Shown: piece by piece, positions 19,037 through 34,091 of the stretch
How the letters are laid out: the number at the start of each line of letters is the position of its first letter
How positions within the stretch are numbered: position 1 is the stretch's first letter
Assembly: GCF_009914755.1 (NCBI RefSeq)
Contig: NC_060945.1
Length of the DNA: 64,000 nt
Strand: one strand, 5' to 3'
Origin: the human T2T-CHM13v2.0 reference genome, Homo sapiens
The notes under the pieces: model-generated
Told to the model about the DNA's origin: nothing
The model's input: the letters and a program-made list of their open reading frames with translations, nothing else
The model's database searches: none
Made by a program: the position numbers and the translations under genes

Positions 19037-19525
19037 CAAAAATTCAGAATAAAGTCATCTCCTGATAGCTTCTCCTATTTACAATATTTGTTCAAGGAAT
19101 GAAAACTACATATTCCTTATTAAAAATATTTTTCCTCCATTATGATTTGAAATTGTCAAATAAGAGGAGTGGTCAAATCCCAAATCAAAAATTCTTTTTG
19201 AACTGCACCATTTCTCCCTGATTAAGTATTTAATCCTCACCTAAAGGTCTCTCTGAAGTTGAGGTCTTGAAAAATTCCTTCTTGGTGTATCTTCCAAATG
19301 GAAATGCACTGGTAAAGCTTTCATGCAAAAAGAACACATTTGGAATTACATATCTGATTCATTGCTACAGTTTACAACTAGAGCCTAGGAGTTTCCACTG
19401 AAAACTGAGATAATCACTCATGGTAATTTAAGAATCGTAACTTTTCTGGATGTTTCCTACTACCATCATATTTGTAGAAAATAGGAAATACCTGTTTTAA
19501 GAAGATTCCACAGAAATGTGTTTAA

Positions 19526-20250
<725 letters not shown>

Positions 20251-20640
20251 TTTGGCTTTGAAACTGCAATCCCTCTTCCCAAAAATCCCCACTTTTCCCA
20301 CTTTCTGAATGAAGCTCACACAGCAGGTTGGCATTTAAGACATGCTACTATCTGGAAAAAAACCCTCAATTTTACCACATATCTATAGCCTATAGATTAA
20401 CTGGATTATTATTATTAATCAATTTTTAAGCCCACCTCATTGAATATATGAGACTCTCAAGATTAGAAGATAGGATGGCATTCTCTAGGAAAACTGTCCT
20501 CTGTTTCAAATAACACACCAATTTCAAGATCTTCCTGATTCCATCAGTTACCTCCTTTTTCCATCAACTGTCTGTGTGTTTCTTCTTTCCTTGGATTGAA
20601 GATATTTACATTTCTGATTTTCATCAATATGTTATAATCA

Positions 20641-20942
20641 TTTTTTTTTTCCGAGACAGGGTCTAACTCTGTTGCCCAGGCTGGAGTGCAGTGGTAAGAT
20701 CTCAGCTCACTGCTACCTCCACCTCCTGGGTTCAAGCAATTCTCCTAGCCTCAGCCTCCCGAGTAGTGAGGACTATGGAGCATGCCACCATTTCTGGTCT
20801 GATATATGTATTTTAGTAGAGACACAGAGAGATGGGGTTTTGCCATTTAGGCTAGGCTGGTCTCGAACTCCTGACCTCAGGTGATCCGCCTGCCTCAGCC
20901 TCCCAAAGTGCTGGGATTACAGGTGTGAGCCACCAAGGCTGC
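20641..20942 (-). mobile_element. AluS-type
   Basis: Antisense dimer; TSD ttataatcatttt. Confidence 0.93.
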
Positions 20943-21310
20943 CCTCTTATAATCATTTTGATATGCATATTTCCTTCAAAATTTATGTTAATGGAACTGA
21001 ATTGCTTGTAAATCATGAATGAATGGCTTGTAAAATCATCCCACAGTGAAATATTCATTGGAATTTTTTTTCTGTACTGACTCACATCTGGGTAAGAGAA
21101 GTAGAAACAGTCAATTACATGGATATTTTATATGCATATTATCAAATAAAATTATATTTAAAAAAATAGCATATTTGATATCACATATACATATATTAAG
21201 CCAGGATAACTTTAAGAAACCTTTATTTCAGTTTCTTTAGATACCAATTATCGTTACTCTTTATCTCATTTATCTGAAGAAAATGCACATGAGGCAGAGG
21301 AATCTCTCCT

Positions 21311-21574
21311 CCCTATTACAGGGGAAGCAAGCAAGAAACACATTTTGTTCTTGTGAAAGACTTAATGGGAGAAAAAAACAGAGGATGGAAAGCCCTAATC
21401 TGACCTGCAAACAAAAAAGTCCTTTGAAAATAATGAAGTAAGCCCTGTTACAGGGGAAGCAAGCAAGAAACACATTTTGTTCTTGTGAAAGACTTAATGG
21501 GAGGAAAAAACAGAGGATAGAAAGCCCTAATCTGACCTGCAAACAAAAAAGTCCTTTGAAAATAATGAAGTAAG
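21311..21574. repeat. 132-bp tandem duplication, 2 copies
   Basis: 21311-21442 vs 21443-21574, 3 mismatches. Confidence 0.97.
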
Positions 21575-22317
21575 TAATTTCCTCCCCTCTATTGGCAATG
21601 CCATCTCAATCTCTAAGAATTTCCTATTCACTCCTTGACCTTTCCAAAGAGGTCATCACCAAAGGAAATGTCTTACTTCAAGAGTAACAACAGACTTTAA
21701 AGATCTTAAACAATTTCAGAGTATAGACCTTGTTAGATCCTGTTCTCTTGAAGGGGAAGAGTAAGCAAGGGTTTTTTGCCAAAGAAATAACTTTTCAATG
21801 AATTTCAAAGCACTTGTGTGTGTTCTGAAAGTATAGAGCTGGACTCTATATAAATTCTAACATGTCAATATATTTTACATTGCCTGTATCTTGAAATAAT
21901 ACTTTAGCTACTGAGGATTGTCATTTATTGATAAGGCTATATCTGATTTAGGAATTTAGACTATTAAAAAAATAGAAGAAATGTTGAGCTGAAAAAACTA
22001 TAAACTTTTCTCAAATAAAATATGTCCATTTGATTGACTACCTGGTTTCACTTTATTCAAAAGACAATTATTTTCTATAAATCTATATATGTTTGTAATT
22101 TATATGAAAGCTTTAGAAAATAATTTATACTGATTATATATAAGTAGCTACAGTGTTAAAATTTCTATTATATTATTTTACTTTTTAAAATAATTTGTAT
22201 CTGATTTATGGTGTCCAAGACTTAAGATGAGAATTTAGTGAATTATATTTATGTCATACAGAAAAGCAAAAAAGATAAATATATAAATAAATGATAAGAT
22301 ATAAGATATTCTAGTCA

Positions 22318-22641
<324 letters not shown>

Positions 22642-22807
22642 TTATGAAAGTTTAAATTAAGAAACTGAGGAAATGATAATTTTTTAAATTGTATCAGCTT
22701 TCTTTGTGCTGATATTAAATCAGAACTGTTCTAAACATGATTCTTATGTAATTGGTTACTATTTTAAAATGACAGATATTGAATGTGTTAATAAACCTTT
22801 CTGAAGC

Positions 22808-23246
22808 CATCTTAGTTAATGGCCATTCAGAAGTAGAATCTGAACACAAGATTTGAGAGCAAGTGATGCAATAAAGAAGTTCTGCCAAAAGAAACCACTC
22901 AGAAAGTGTAGGAAACACAACTGGAAAAAACAAGTCAAGCAAGGCTATGATTTCAGGTGAGGCACCAGCCTCAGTCTGACTGGATGGGGAGCTCTGGAGG
23001 GTAAATTGCACTTTATAGTTGGTCCTATGGGGAATCAGGTGTGCTGAGCTGTTGTATTCCACTAACCATTCATTAGCTATGGGCCATAAGCTGTCCACAG
23101 ACAACTCAGCTCTAAAAAGATAATCTGTCCTCTAAACTTTCCATGCTAGTCTTTAGCAGCAAAGCACAGAGAGCCTAAGGAGTGGTCACACAGTTCCTAC
23201 GGGGAATCCACGGTTTTTACATGAGGCACTAACACTGTCTACTGTA
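22808..23246 (-). mobile_element. LTR16-like ERVL LTR
   Basis: cagaagtagaatctgaacacaagatttgagagcaagt...ggcactaacactgtctactgta. Confidence 0.6.
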
Positions 23247-24887
23247 GGAAGCATGTTGAATTTTAATTAGCAATTCTAAGAATTGCTCATAATATTGTTG
23301 CAGATATTGCCAGCCACCTACCCCAGAACCATTCACCACTGCTACAACCACCATTACTGACACCACCACCTGTAGCTCTCTTACCCTTTGCTGATTTAGC
23401 CTGATATTATTAAAGCATTTACCTTTACACTATGCACTTTTAACTATTAGAATGATTGGTTTTAGCCAGCCATATAAATGGCATTTTCCTTCACAGTGGT
23501 TAGTTTAGAAGTTAGCAAGAAACTTAATCTTCTTGATTTTTCAAGGAAAATGTATCCATATTTTCCACCCTAATAAAAAAAAACTGCACAGAAGAAAATA
23601 TTCTTCATGACAACATCACTATGCCTGCATGCATTGACAGAAATTACTAAGGTCATGTTGCCATCATAAGTGGCAACAAAATAGACAGTCTATAGATAGC
23701 AAAGTAAATCATGGAAAGCCACAAAGGTTTGGGTGAGACTTCTGGGCCACTGTAACCTCCACAGAGCTGGATTTTTATTAAGCAAATAAAAAAACTAAAT
23801 AGTTGTCAGTTGGGTCTTCTGTGTTAGAAAATGCATTTTTATTAATATAATAATAGCTCTCAAGCTATTGGCCTTTATAAAGAGCTTACAATGTGCCAGC
23901 TATATTTATAAGTACTTTACATATATCAATTCATTCTGGTGAAAGAGAACACATCCCACAGCTACTAATAAATATCATAATTGTCACATATAATCAAGTT
24001 ATTTGGCTCGTATTGAAGACGTTAAAATTATGTTGTGTTGCTCACTGAAGTTACTATACATTATCACTACTACTTCCAGCAAAAACTATAGGGAGGAAAC
24101 AGCAGATTATGTTTAAGTAATGTAAATAGCCATCTTAGTAAAATACTTACATAATATGTGTTTTTGATTTTCTTAATAATAGTCTTGTGCAGAAAAACAT
24201 TTTATAATTTATAAGAATACTAAATTAACTATTGAAAACATTTGTATGTCTTTTTTTATCTCCTATATTTTTCCAGGCAATATTAGCAGAATACTACCCA
24301 CAAAGTTTTCTAAGCCATATCAAACATATCAATATGTTTGTGAAATCAAAGCACAAAAATTCAAATTTCTGATATTTAATATATAAAGTGTATCTATACA
24401 ATTTATAATTTGATAAATTTTACATGCTTATTCTTTCTCTGAATGTATTACATAATTACATGAGATAAATTAACTCATATGCTATAATACTTCATTTAAG
24501 GATAGTGTCCTCTTCAAAATTGATTTGGGGATACTTACAGCTTGATTTGGCTCAACTGAATAAATGAAAATCTTAGCAGTTTCATTGTTGCTACATCCAA
24601 TGAGAAAAACTATCCAGTATGGTACCTTTGCCTGCTATTATTCTTCTCTATTTATCTTTATTAGTATTCTAGAGTTATTAAGAATAGATTATAATTGAAA
24701 TACGAGAAGTCCTGGGAAAACTTCATGGGCAGCCACCTAACCACTTTTTTTATATTCTACCGGAACTGGCTTTAAGGAAGAACAATCAAAGTACATACTT
24801 TAATTACAAGCAGAAGAACAGAGTAACTTTAGGATATTCAATTTTTTTAAATTCTAGTCTTTATGTGACCCTGCAAATTTGAATTCA

Positions 24888-25207
24888 GGCTGGGTGTGGT
24901 GGCTCACGCCTGTAATCCCAGCACTTTAGGAAGCCCAGGTGGGTGGATCCCCTGAGGTCAGGAATTCAAGACCAACCTGGTCAACATGGCGAAACCCTGT
25001 CTCTATTAAAAATGCAAAAATTAGCTGGGCACAGTGGCACGTGCCTGTAATCCCAGCTACTTGGGAGGCTGAGGCAGGAGGATCACTTGAACATGGGAGG
25101 CAGAGATTGCAGTGAGCTCAGATCATGCCACTGCACTCCAGCCTGGGAAACAGAGCAAGACTCCATCTCAAAAAAAAAAAGTAAGATAAAATAAATAAAT
25201 AAATAAA
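24888..25207 (+). mobile_element. Alu (older S/J type)
   Basis: Full dimer with A-rich tail. Confidence 0.95.
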
Positions 25208-27129
25208 GTAAATTCATCTTTCTGAGAGTTAAAGCTAATGTCTATAAATTTTTATTGATAATTAATAATATTTATCTGTGACTTCATAAAGAGTTAAAGG
25301 ATGAATATAAAAGAATATGATTGCCTTAGTGTGTGAATCTCATGTGGTAAGCACACTTGACAAATGTTAGATCCTCTCAGTTATTTTTTTCTTTGTGACT
25401 CAGAGCCCACAGTAGGTGGAAATACCAATACCAAATTACCCTATGGAGACTAAAAACAGGACTAAAGGAGTTAAAGACATGAACTTCAGTATCTTGAGGG
25501 AGCTAAGATTTTAATTTATGCTGAGATGTAAAAAACTGACCTGATGTATTTTATTCCACAAGGGTATTTGAATTTTAAAAGATAAACGTTTAAATAAATG
25601 TTATTATATATGTTTATCCAAAATATTCAAGGACAGAGTAGAACTTTCATAGAGGAGAAATTTTCCCAAGGTGGTGAAGGGCAGTGTGCCATGCAAAGGG
25701 CTGCAGGTTCAGTAGCATAGAAGGGCTAAACAGTGGTGAGAGTGTTGAACATTCTCGTGTAGCTGACACATAAATTGTAAATGGGATGTGAGACAATAAA
25801 AGCAAAGGGTAGGCTTTGAAAGTGAGGGCCAAACTTCAAAAATCTTGTATGAAATAAGATAATAATTAATAATAATGGTTGACATACAGATTTCAAATGG
25901 CACTCCAAGGCACTATGTCTTGGAGTATCAAATTTAGTTTAAGACTGAGAGTAGGATTATACGAGTAGGAGATGCATCATATTCACATGAAAATAAAGAG
26001 ATACATTGAGGAATAGAATGAGAAATTAACTTGAATAGTATGAAACTTCAGAGAGTGGTAAGTACCACAGTTATAGAAGGTAATCATCACCCTTACTGAT
26101 AAATGAAAAAACTAAATTTCGATGGTCAAGATAATTTTCCCAGGATTATGTAACAGACAAGTCAGAGAATGGGAAATTTACCTATCTAAGCTTTGTTTTT
26201 TCCAAAACGCTGCACTGAATGTTAAGAAAATAAATTTTTAGACAAAAGTAGCAAGTCATTTGAGCATTTAAAATAGCTAAAAGCTACAATCACACAGACA
26301 CACATACACACACACACACATCCAACAACAAGGAAGGTAGAGGTATTTTGGCATTTGAAATTATTCTAGTAAGAAATGATAAAGGTCTGAAATAGTGTAG
26401 ATTTCCCTTTACTGTCAGAGGCTAAATTGATCTTGGAAACATTACTTTCTTTGATAATAAAGTATTGTCATTATTAAGTGTTTATAAGGTATATGTGAAT
26501 AAATCACATAGTTACTTTTAAAGGTAACTCATGCTGGTGAAAAGATATGGAGAGGCAAAAAAGCCAATGTTTTAAAGTTTTAACATATTTTTAAGTGTAT
26601 GAAGCAACCAATTTATTTTGATATAATCATTGGTGAAAGTAATGCCATCAAGCATTCGCGGAGGCTTTTAATTAGAATCATGTGCTATGTAAAGCTGTTG
26701 GACAGAGTTTAAAGGTTCAGAATGTTGGAGGATATAAAAAAAATGGCAAATGCCCCGTTGCTTTTGTAAGGGATTTTAAATTAAAGCAGCAAACCTTTTA
26801 AAGCATCACACAGTGGGAAGAATGAAAATGAAAGCTAATTAACCGGAATTATTTTTCAGTTGTACAATTTTGCAATAATCTTCCATGGAGTTCATGACCA
26901 GAGGATGACTAGACCTTGAGAAGTATTTGAAGAAGGGGTCAATGTGGGAGCCAAGGCAACCATCTGAAACAGCTGGCCTGCCTGGGCATGTCTGAGCCAG
27001 ATGTCCACTTCTGGTCCAGGGTTAGAATTATGTATCAAATCAGGTACTGGGAACAATTTATCTATGTTAAAAAGATGTGTGTGTGTGAATGGATGTGTGT
27101 GTGTGAATGGATGTTCCGCTGTAAGAACA

Positions 27130-27670
27130 GAAAATAGTATCTTAATTGTAATAGAAGATACTTTGACAGCATGTTTCAAAAGCCTTAAAATTCATATCAT
27201 TTTACGCATTATTTCAATTCTTACTAATTTATATTAAAGATATCATTAGAGTGAATATGAGTATTTATTACCATACTGTTTATTGACATTTTATTTATAA
27301 TAATAAAACATTCCAATAATTTTAATTGTTAGTAGTAAGGGAATGGTGAAACTCATGGAATATTCATGAAATAAAATGTGTGCAGCCATGAAAAGTCATG
27401 CAATAGAAGAATATTTAATGACACAGGTGTAGAGTAAAACCAAAAATTATTATAAATAATCACATCTATGAATTGTTAGTTTAAAAGTATATTTAAGGAA
27501 TTTATATCCAAATTATATATGTATTTATAAAAAGACAAGTAAGAAATACACAAAATATTTTAGATTATATTATCCAAATGGAGTTACATGTACTTTTTTT
27601 GTTTACATTATGCTATTAGAAATTTACTCATTTTTATAAAATAAAATTGTTTTTTATTTTACTAAAAATA
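27130..27670 (+). mobile_element. Very old L1M 3' fragment
   Basis: gggaatggtgaaactcatggaatattcat...gcagccatgaaaag; highly degenerate. Confidence 0.5.
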
Positions 27671-27986
27671 CTGTTCTGAGATATCAACAGTTGGGGAAAA
27701 TGTGTTAGCAATGAACTCAAAGAAAAGTAGTATAAGCATAAGAAATATATTTTTACTTCAGCCTAAAACTAAGCCCTTAACATTCCTTAATTGTGGAATG
27801 TCAACCATCTCACTACATTTCCTTAGGCTGCAAAATATGTAAGTATACCTCTCTTTTCCTATTGTGCTTTTATGAAAATATTCTCTTTGGTATTCTTTTA
27901 TGACATATCAATTTTAAAAAATAAAGTTGTGTTTACACCAACACATTTTCATACATTGGCACATGGTATTTATAACTCTAAAGCCA

Positions 27987-28041
27987 AAGTGGGCACAGAC
28001 TAGGACCTGCTGAAGTGGGCACAGACTAGGACCTGCTGAAG
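27987..28041. repeat. Perfect 26-bp tandem duplication
   Basis: aagtgggcacagactaggacctgctg x2, then aag. Confidence 0.97.
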
Positions 28042-28375
28042 CAGGGAATCTGAGTCTCACAGGGCGGCTTCACCCTCTATGACCATCTAAGAATCTTTTG
28101 GAATGATCCCCATCAGCAATGTATAATTCTACACATTTTACCATGCCCACTCTAACACCAGAAATTATCTTTAATAATATTTTTAATGCATAAAAATACT
28201 TATTAAAATAATTTTGAAGAATAAAAATATATTTTATATAATAAATATTCTATAATAGAAAGATACACCCTGCAATTGTGTTGTGGAAGAAAAATACAAT
28301 AGGGAAAGAAACCTGAAATGGTGGCAATTTTGTTTTTAAGAGTGAATGAGTATATATGTGAAGGAAAAAAGAAGT

Positions 28376-28410
<35 letters not shown>
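28376..28410. repeat. (GA)n microsatellite
   Basis: Seen directly. Confidence 0.9.
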
Positions 28411-29252
28411 CATGCACAGGTAGGAAGAGGAAGAGAAGGAACACAGAAGAAAGAATTAGATCTCCCTTTTGTCGGTTGATAATTTAATTAACTACCTTTC
28501 TTAGGAATATATTATACATTCAGTTGAATAAATAGAATGACAGACACTGAAAAATATTCAGTGTAACATAATGTCCAATATAGTCTAATTCCAGTTTTCT
28601 AGCTGATAGTCCTGGGAGTCCTAGAGAGAGAAGACTGAGGGAAAGAGAAACCCCTCCTTGTGACTGGTTTCCAGTGGCTTATGAGTGAAGGTATTAAAGC
28701 CAAATAGGGTCTTTCTGTGTTTTCCGTGTTCCACCTCTTTTCAAGCATTTGTGTGAGAACCAGGGACACCTTAAGGGAGAAGGGAATAGTGACATTGCCC
28801 TTCTGCTTTTTCCTCTGAAATTTCTGATTGTAGTAAATGGCTTCATTCAAAGTTAACCTTGCATTAAATATATTTTAAAATATATCAACTTGGTAATGCA
28901 AATATATATGAAAAGAAAACAGTTCACTCATGTAGTTTATGGCATAGTGATGCTAAAATGAGTTAATATTTATTTTATGAAAGAATAATTGTACATATAG
29001 AATTTATTATTAATTGATACTAAACATTTACTGATTAGTAATTCGGATGGTTTTGATTTAATGAAGTGTTTCATACATGTGTATACGTGTGTGTGTGTCT
29101 GTGTATATACATATACACACATATAATTTATAGTTATGTACACACCTGTACCAATACCTATGAAGGATACTTATATCATGACTTTGCACATAAAATAATA
29201 ATCAAGCTGCTATTTCAATTTAAATATACAAGATAAACATTTCATTGAATGT

Positions 29253-29434
<182 letters not shown>

Positions 29435-29437
29435 TGA

Positions 29438-29732
<295 letters not shown>

Positions 29733-30569
29733 TACTCATACGTCTATATTTGTTGCAGAAAATGATAAAGTGTTCAATAAAATAATTCTATGCAGTAGAA
29801 TAAATTTTTTGTGGAAGTGAAATAGAACTATATGCTCAAAGAAAAAAAAGAACAGTCAAAGATTTCCAGATGCTACGAATGAACATGTTCATGAATATTT
29901 CTATATGGATGATGGCAGGGATCAAATTGCCAATATATTTTCAATTTCATCAAATATGTTGTTAAAATTGATAGATTTTATTTCAAAATATTTCTGTTTA
30001 TAATGTACCAAAGATTATACACCATTTACAACTATTACAATGAAAACATTTTAAATGTCAACCTAAAACATTTACAAGTGAGTTCCTAGTTTTTGAAAAT
30101 TATATAAAAGGCAATTAAAAAAAGAAAAAAAACACTGTCTTGGAACACACATACCCCTGTAACCATCCACCTAGAATTTGGTGAGTCCGATGGGAAAGGC
30201 TTTCCAGTATTCATATTTGTGGACCCATGTTTTAGCTGAGTGGTAGGAATACAGTTATTTCATTTCTGAGTGTTGAATAAATATAGTGTCATATTTGAGT
30301 GAAGATTATAGGACTTAGAAGATCTAGATATCATAACATCCAAAACAAGCTATAGGCAGGGTTTTCACTTCTATAATTCTTGGTCTTCATTCATAAAAAT
30401 CGAGACCACATTAATGCTTACTTCAGAGGAGCTGAATGTCAGCAGAGGCTAAAAAATGTAGAGTTTACTGGATCATATTAAGAATTACAAGTTTTATTTG
30501 AAATAATATTTCCATCTAAATTATCTTTCTAAACATCTAAAGAATGGGTCAAGCATAAAGACTAGTCTA

Positions 30570-31100
30570 TCTAGTTGAAGTACGGAGAAGGAATTGTAGA
30601 GAGTAGAGGTTAGTGAGGTGGCTAATTAATAGGTTGTCATGTCAGTAGAAGTGAGAGGATAAGTCTAGCTTGCACTAGGATGCTGACATCAGAGAAGGAG
30701 AGAAATAGACTCAAGAGGAATTGGCAGATAAGTGTCTCAGAATATATTGATGAATGCAAATGAGGACAATTTATGGACAGCCAGAATTCTGGTCTGAACA
30801 GCTGGATAGGTGGTGGTGCCACATAACAGGAGGGATCATTGAGGGATACAGGAGAATCAGGTTTAAGGGTGAAGATCATGATTACAATATTGGTTAGGTT
30901 GAGTTGAACCAGTCTTCGGGACATGGAAGTGAATGTGTGAAGGCAATTGGATGTATCAAGTTGGAGATCAGGCAGGATGTTCTGATGCTATAGATGCTGA
31001 TGAGAAAGTCACTGTTAGTAGAATGCTCTCCTGCTTTCTACTAACAAAGATAAGAACTGAAGTCATTTGCATGGAGTCGGTGGAGGGAGAGAACTTCAGG
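30570..31100 (-). mobile_element. L2 fragment
   Basis: Purine-rich antisense L2 motifs: aattctggtctgaacagctggataggtggtggtgcc, ggttgagttga. Confidence 0.65.
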
Positions 31101-32009
31101 TGTAGACTCTGAGGATCATTAAGTTGAAAATACTTATTGTGTAGTGTGGATGAACACATTATCTAGAGTAACAGTGTGCTGAGAGTAATTGCAAATCCTC
31201 AACCTCAATCCAGAGGTTGAATGAACCTGAAAATAGTTTGTTGGAGGCTGGCCTCCATTACCAGGGAACATAGAGAGCTCACATTAATTAGTGTGCATTT
31301 TTGAAATTCTAATAGTCTTTTTTTTGTTGAGCTGTTAAAACAAATCAAAGCAAAACAAAAAACCTCATTATTCACTGAAAGTTGCTAATAGAAGATATGG
31401 GCTTATATCTGAATAATCGTCATATGGATTTATACCTGAATTGCACCTTTCCTAAAAAATATAATGACCTTTGTGTTTGTGTGTGAAAGTAATGTATAAA
31501 TTCCTGGAGTTAAAAGAAACTAACAAAAAAGAAGTAATTCAATCTGGGAAATCAAAAGCTGATGTATATGTGTGTGGATAAGTGTGGAGTGACAGGAGTT
31601 AGAAGTAGGGGAGGCATATCCGCATCTGTGGAAAGGGACTTCCAGTCATATCAATTGAAGGAAAGTTTGGAGGAAAGCTTTGGAGCTCTATTCCTGTCTT
31701 TTGATATTAACTTAAGAGGATTATTGCCCTTCCATTCATTACGGAAATCCTAAGCAAGAGGCCAGGTTGCTCAATGATACTGAGTAAAACTAGGACAGCA
31801 TAGTAACATTAATGTATTAATGTAGTAAGGAGCTGATACCAACCACACCAGAATAATAAGTTTTCCTTCTGTGAGTTTTCCTTTCCATCCCATTATCCTT
31901 TCAATCTCAAAGATAATGGAGTGGAAGGGGGGAAGCTAAGAAGATATTCTCCTCTCTCAGTCTGGTCCCAGGGAGGAAAAACTTTTGATATTTGTATGTA
32001 TGGGGTCTT

Positions 32010-32347
32010 CTCTGATACAGTATATAGAAAAGAGCAAGAAAAGCTGAGGTAGGTATAAAGATTAAATGAACAGCATTGCAGTTGCCACAGTAATGTCAGC
32101 CACTCCCATAAGGAATTCTAGAGCCCTTTAGAGATATCACTAATTGAGGCCAGGGAGCCAGGCCTTTGAATGCTGCAATGACCAATTATTGTACACCAAT
32201 CACTGGACACAGAGAAAGAGATGGGATAGTTCCCTTAGGTTGAGATCAATTTCTGACAAGGGATGCAGGCAACACTGCCAGTAGATAAGAAAATAAGGGC
32301 CCCCATCCTGAAGGATGACATAAACAGCACCTCATTATAACCAATAC
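32010..32347 (-). mobile_element. LTR16-like ERVL LTR fragment
   Basis: ggaattctagagcc...gagccaggcctttg...gaccaattattg. Confidence 0.5.
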
Positions 32348-34091
32348 ATTTTCTTTCAGGTTACTCTTTTCTTTCAAAGAAATGTAAGGTGAGTATTGTC
32401 CACTCTACCCAAAAGAATCTACACATTCAATGCAATCCCTGTCAAAATACAAATGACATTCCTCAAAGAAATATTTTTAAAAATCGTAAAATCTGTGTGG
32501 AACTACAAAAGGGCCCAAGTAGTCAAAGAAAGAAATTTTGAGCAAAACAGACAAAGAAACAAACAAAAAGCTGCAGACATCATGCCACCTGATTTCAAAA
32601 TATACTGCAAAGTTATAGTAACCAAAATAAAATGGCATTGGTATAAAAATCAGACACATAGATCAATGGAACAGAAGAGATAATCCAGAAATAAATCCAC
32701 GGATTTAGAGACAATTGATTTTTGAGAAAGACATCAAGAACATACATTGAGGAAAAGACAGTATCTTCAATAAATGGTGCTGGGATATTTGGATATCAAT
32801 ATTCAGAACAGCTAAATGAGGCCCTTTAAACAAAATTTAACTTAAAATTATTAAAGACTTAAATGTAAGATGCAAAACTATAAAAGTAATAGAAAACAAG
32901 TTAGGGAAAATTCATCAGGACATTGCTCTAGGAAAAGATTTCATTGATGAGACCTCAAATGCACAGGCAACAAAAGTTAAAACAGACAAACAAGAATATA
33001 TCAAACTAAAACTCCCTGCATAAATAACAAAGGAAACAACAGCGTGAGGAAACTATCTGTAGATTAGGAGAAAATATTTGCAAACTATGCATCTGACAAG
33101 GGACTAATACCCAGAATATATGAGGAACTCAAACAACTCCATAACAACAACAACAAAAAACAATCCATTAAAACACAGGCATTTCTGAGTAGACATTTCT
33201 CAAAAGAAAGACATACAAATGATCAACAAGTATATAAAAAATCCATCACAAATCATCAGGGAAATGCAGATTAAAGCCACAATGAGATAATATCTCACCC
33301 CAGTTAGAATGGCTACTATCAAAAAGACCCCCCAAAAAATTTGTGCAGAGAAAAGGGAATTCTTATATACTGTTAATGGGATATAAATTCATACAGCCAT
33401 AATGGAAAACAGTAGAGTTTTCTCAAAACACTATGTATAAATTTTCCATATTATCCAGCAATCTTACTATTGAATATTTATCCAAAGAAAAGAAAATCAG
33501 CTTATCAAAGATATATCTGAACTCCCATGTTTATTGAAGTGCTATTCACAATGACCAAGATACAGAATCAACCTAAATGTCTATCAACAGATGAATGAAT
33601 AAAGAAAATGTGGTATATATATATACACAATGGAATACTATTCAGCCATAAAAAGAATGAAATACTTTCATTTGTGGCAACAGGGATAAGCCTAAAGGAC
33701 ATTATGTTGAGTAAAGTAACTCAGGCACAGAAAGATTTATACTGAATGTTCTCACTCATATGTAAGAACTGAAAGAAGTTGAACACATAGAAGTGGAGAG
33801 AATTGTGGTTATTAGAGGCTTGGAAGTATGGGTGGGTAGGGAGAAGTTGGCTAAGTCATACAAAATTACAGCTAGATATGAGGAATAAGTTCTAGTGCTC
33901 TATAGCACTGTAGGGAGAATATAGTTAAAAGTAGTTTATTATATATTTTTAAAAGCTAGAAGAGAGAATTTCGAATGTTCCCCAAACTGTTATGAGTATG
34001 CTAATTATCTTTATTTATCTTGATTACCTTAATTGGATCATTACACATTGTACCCGTGTATTGAAATATCACTAGATGCCAGAAATATTAT

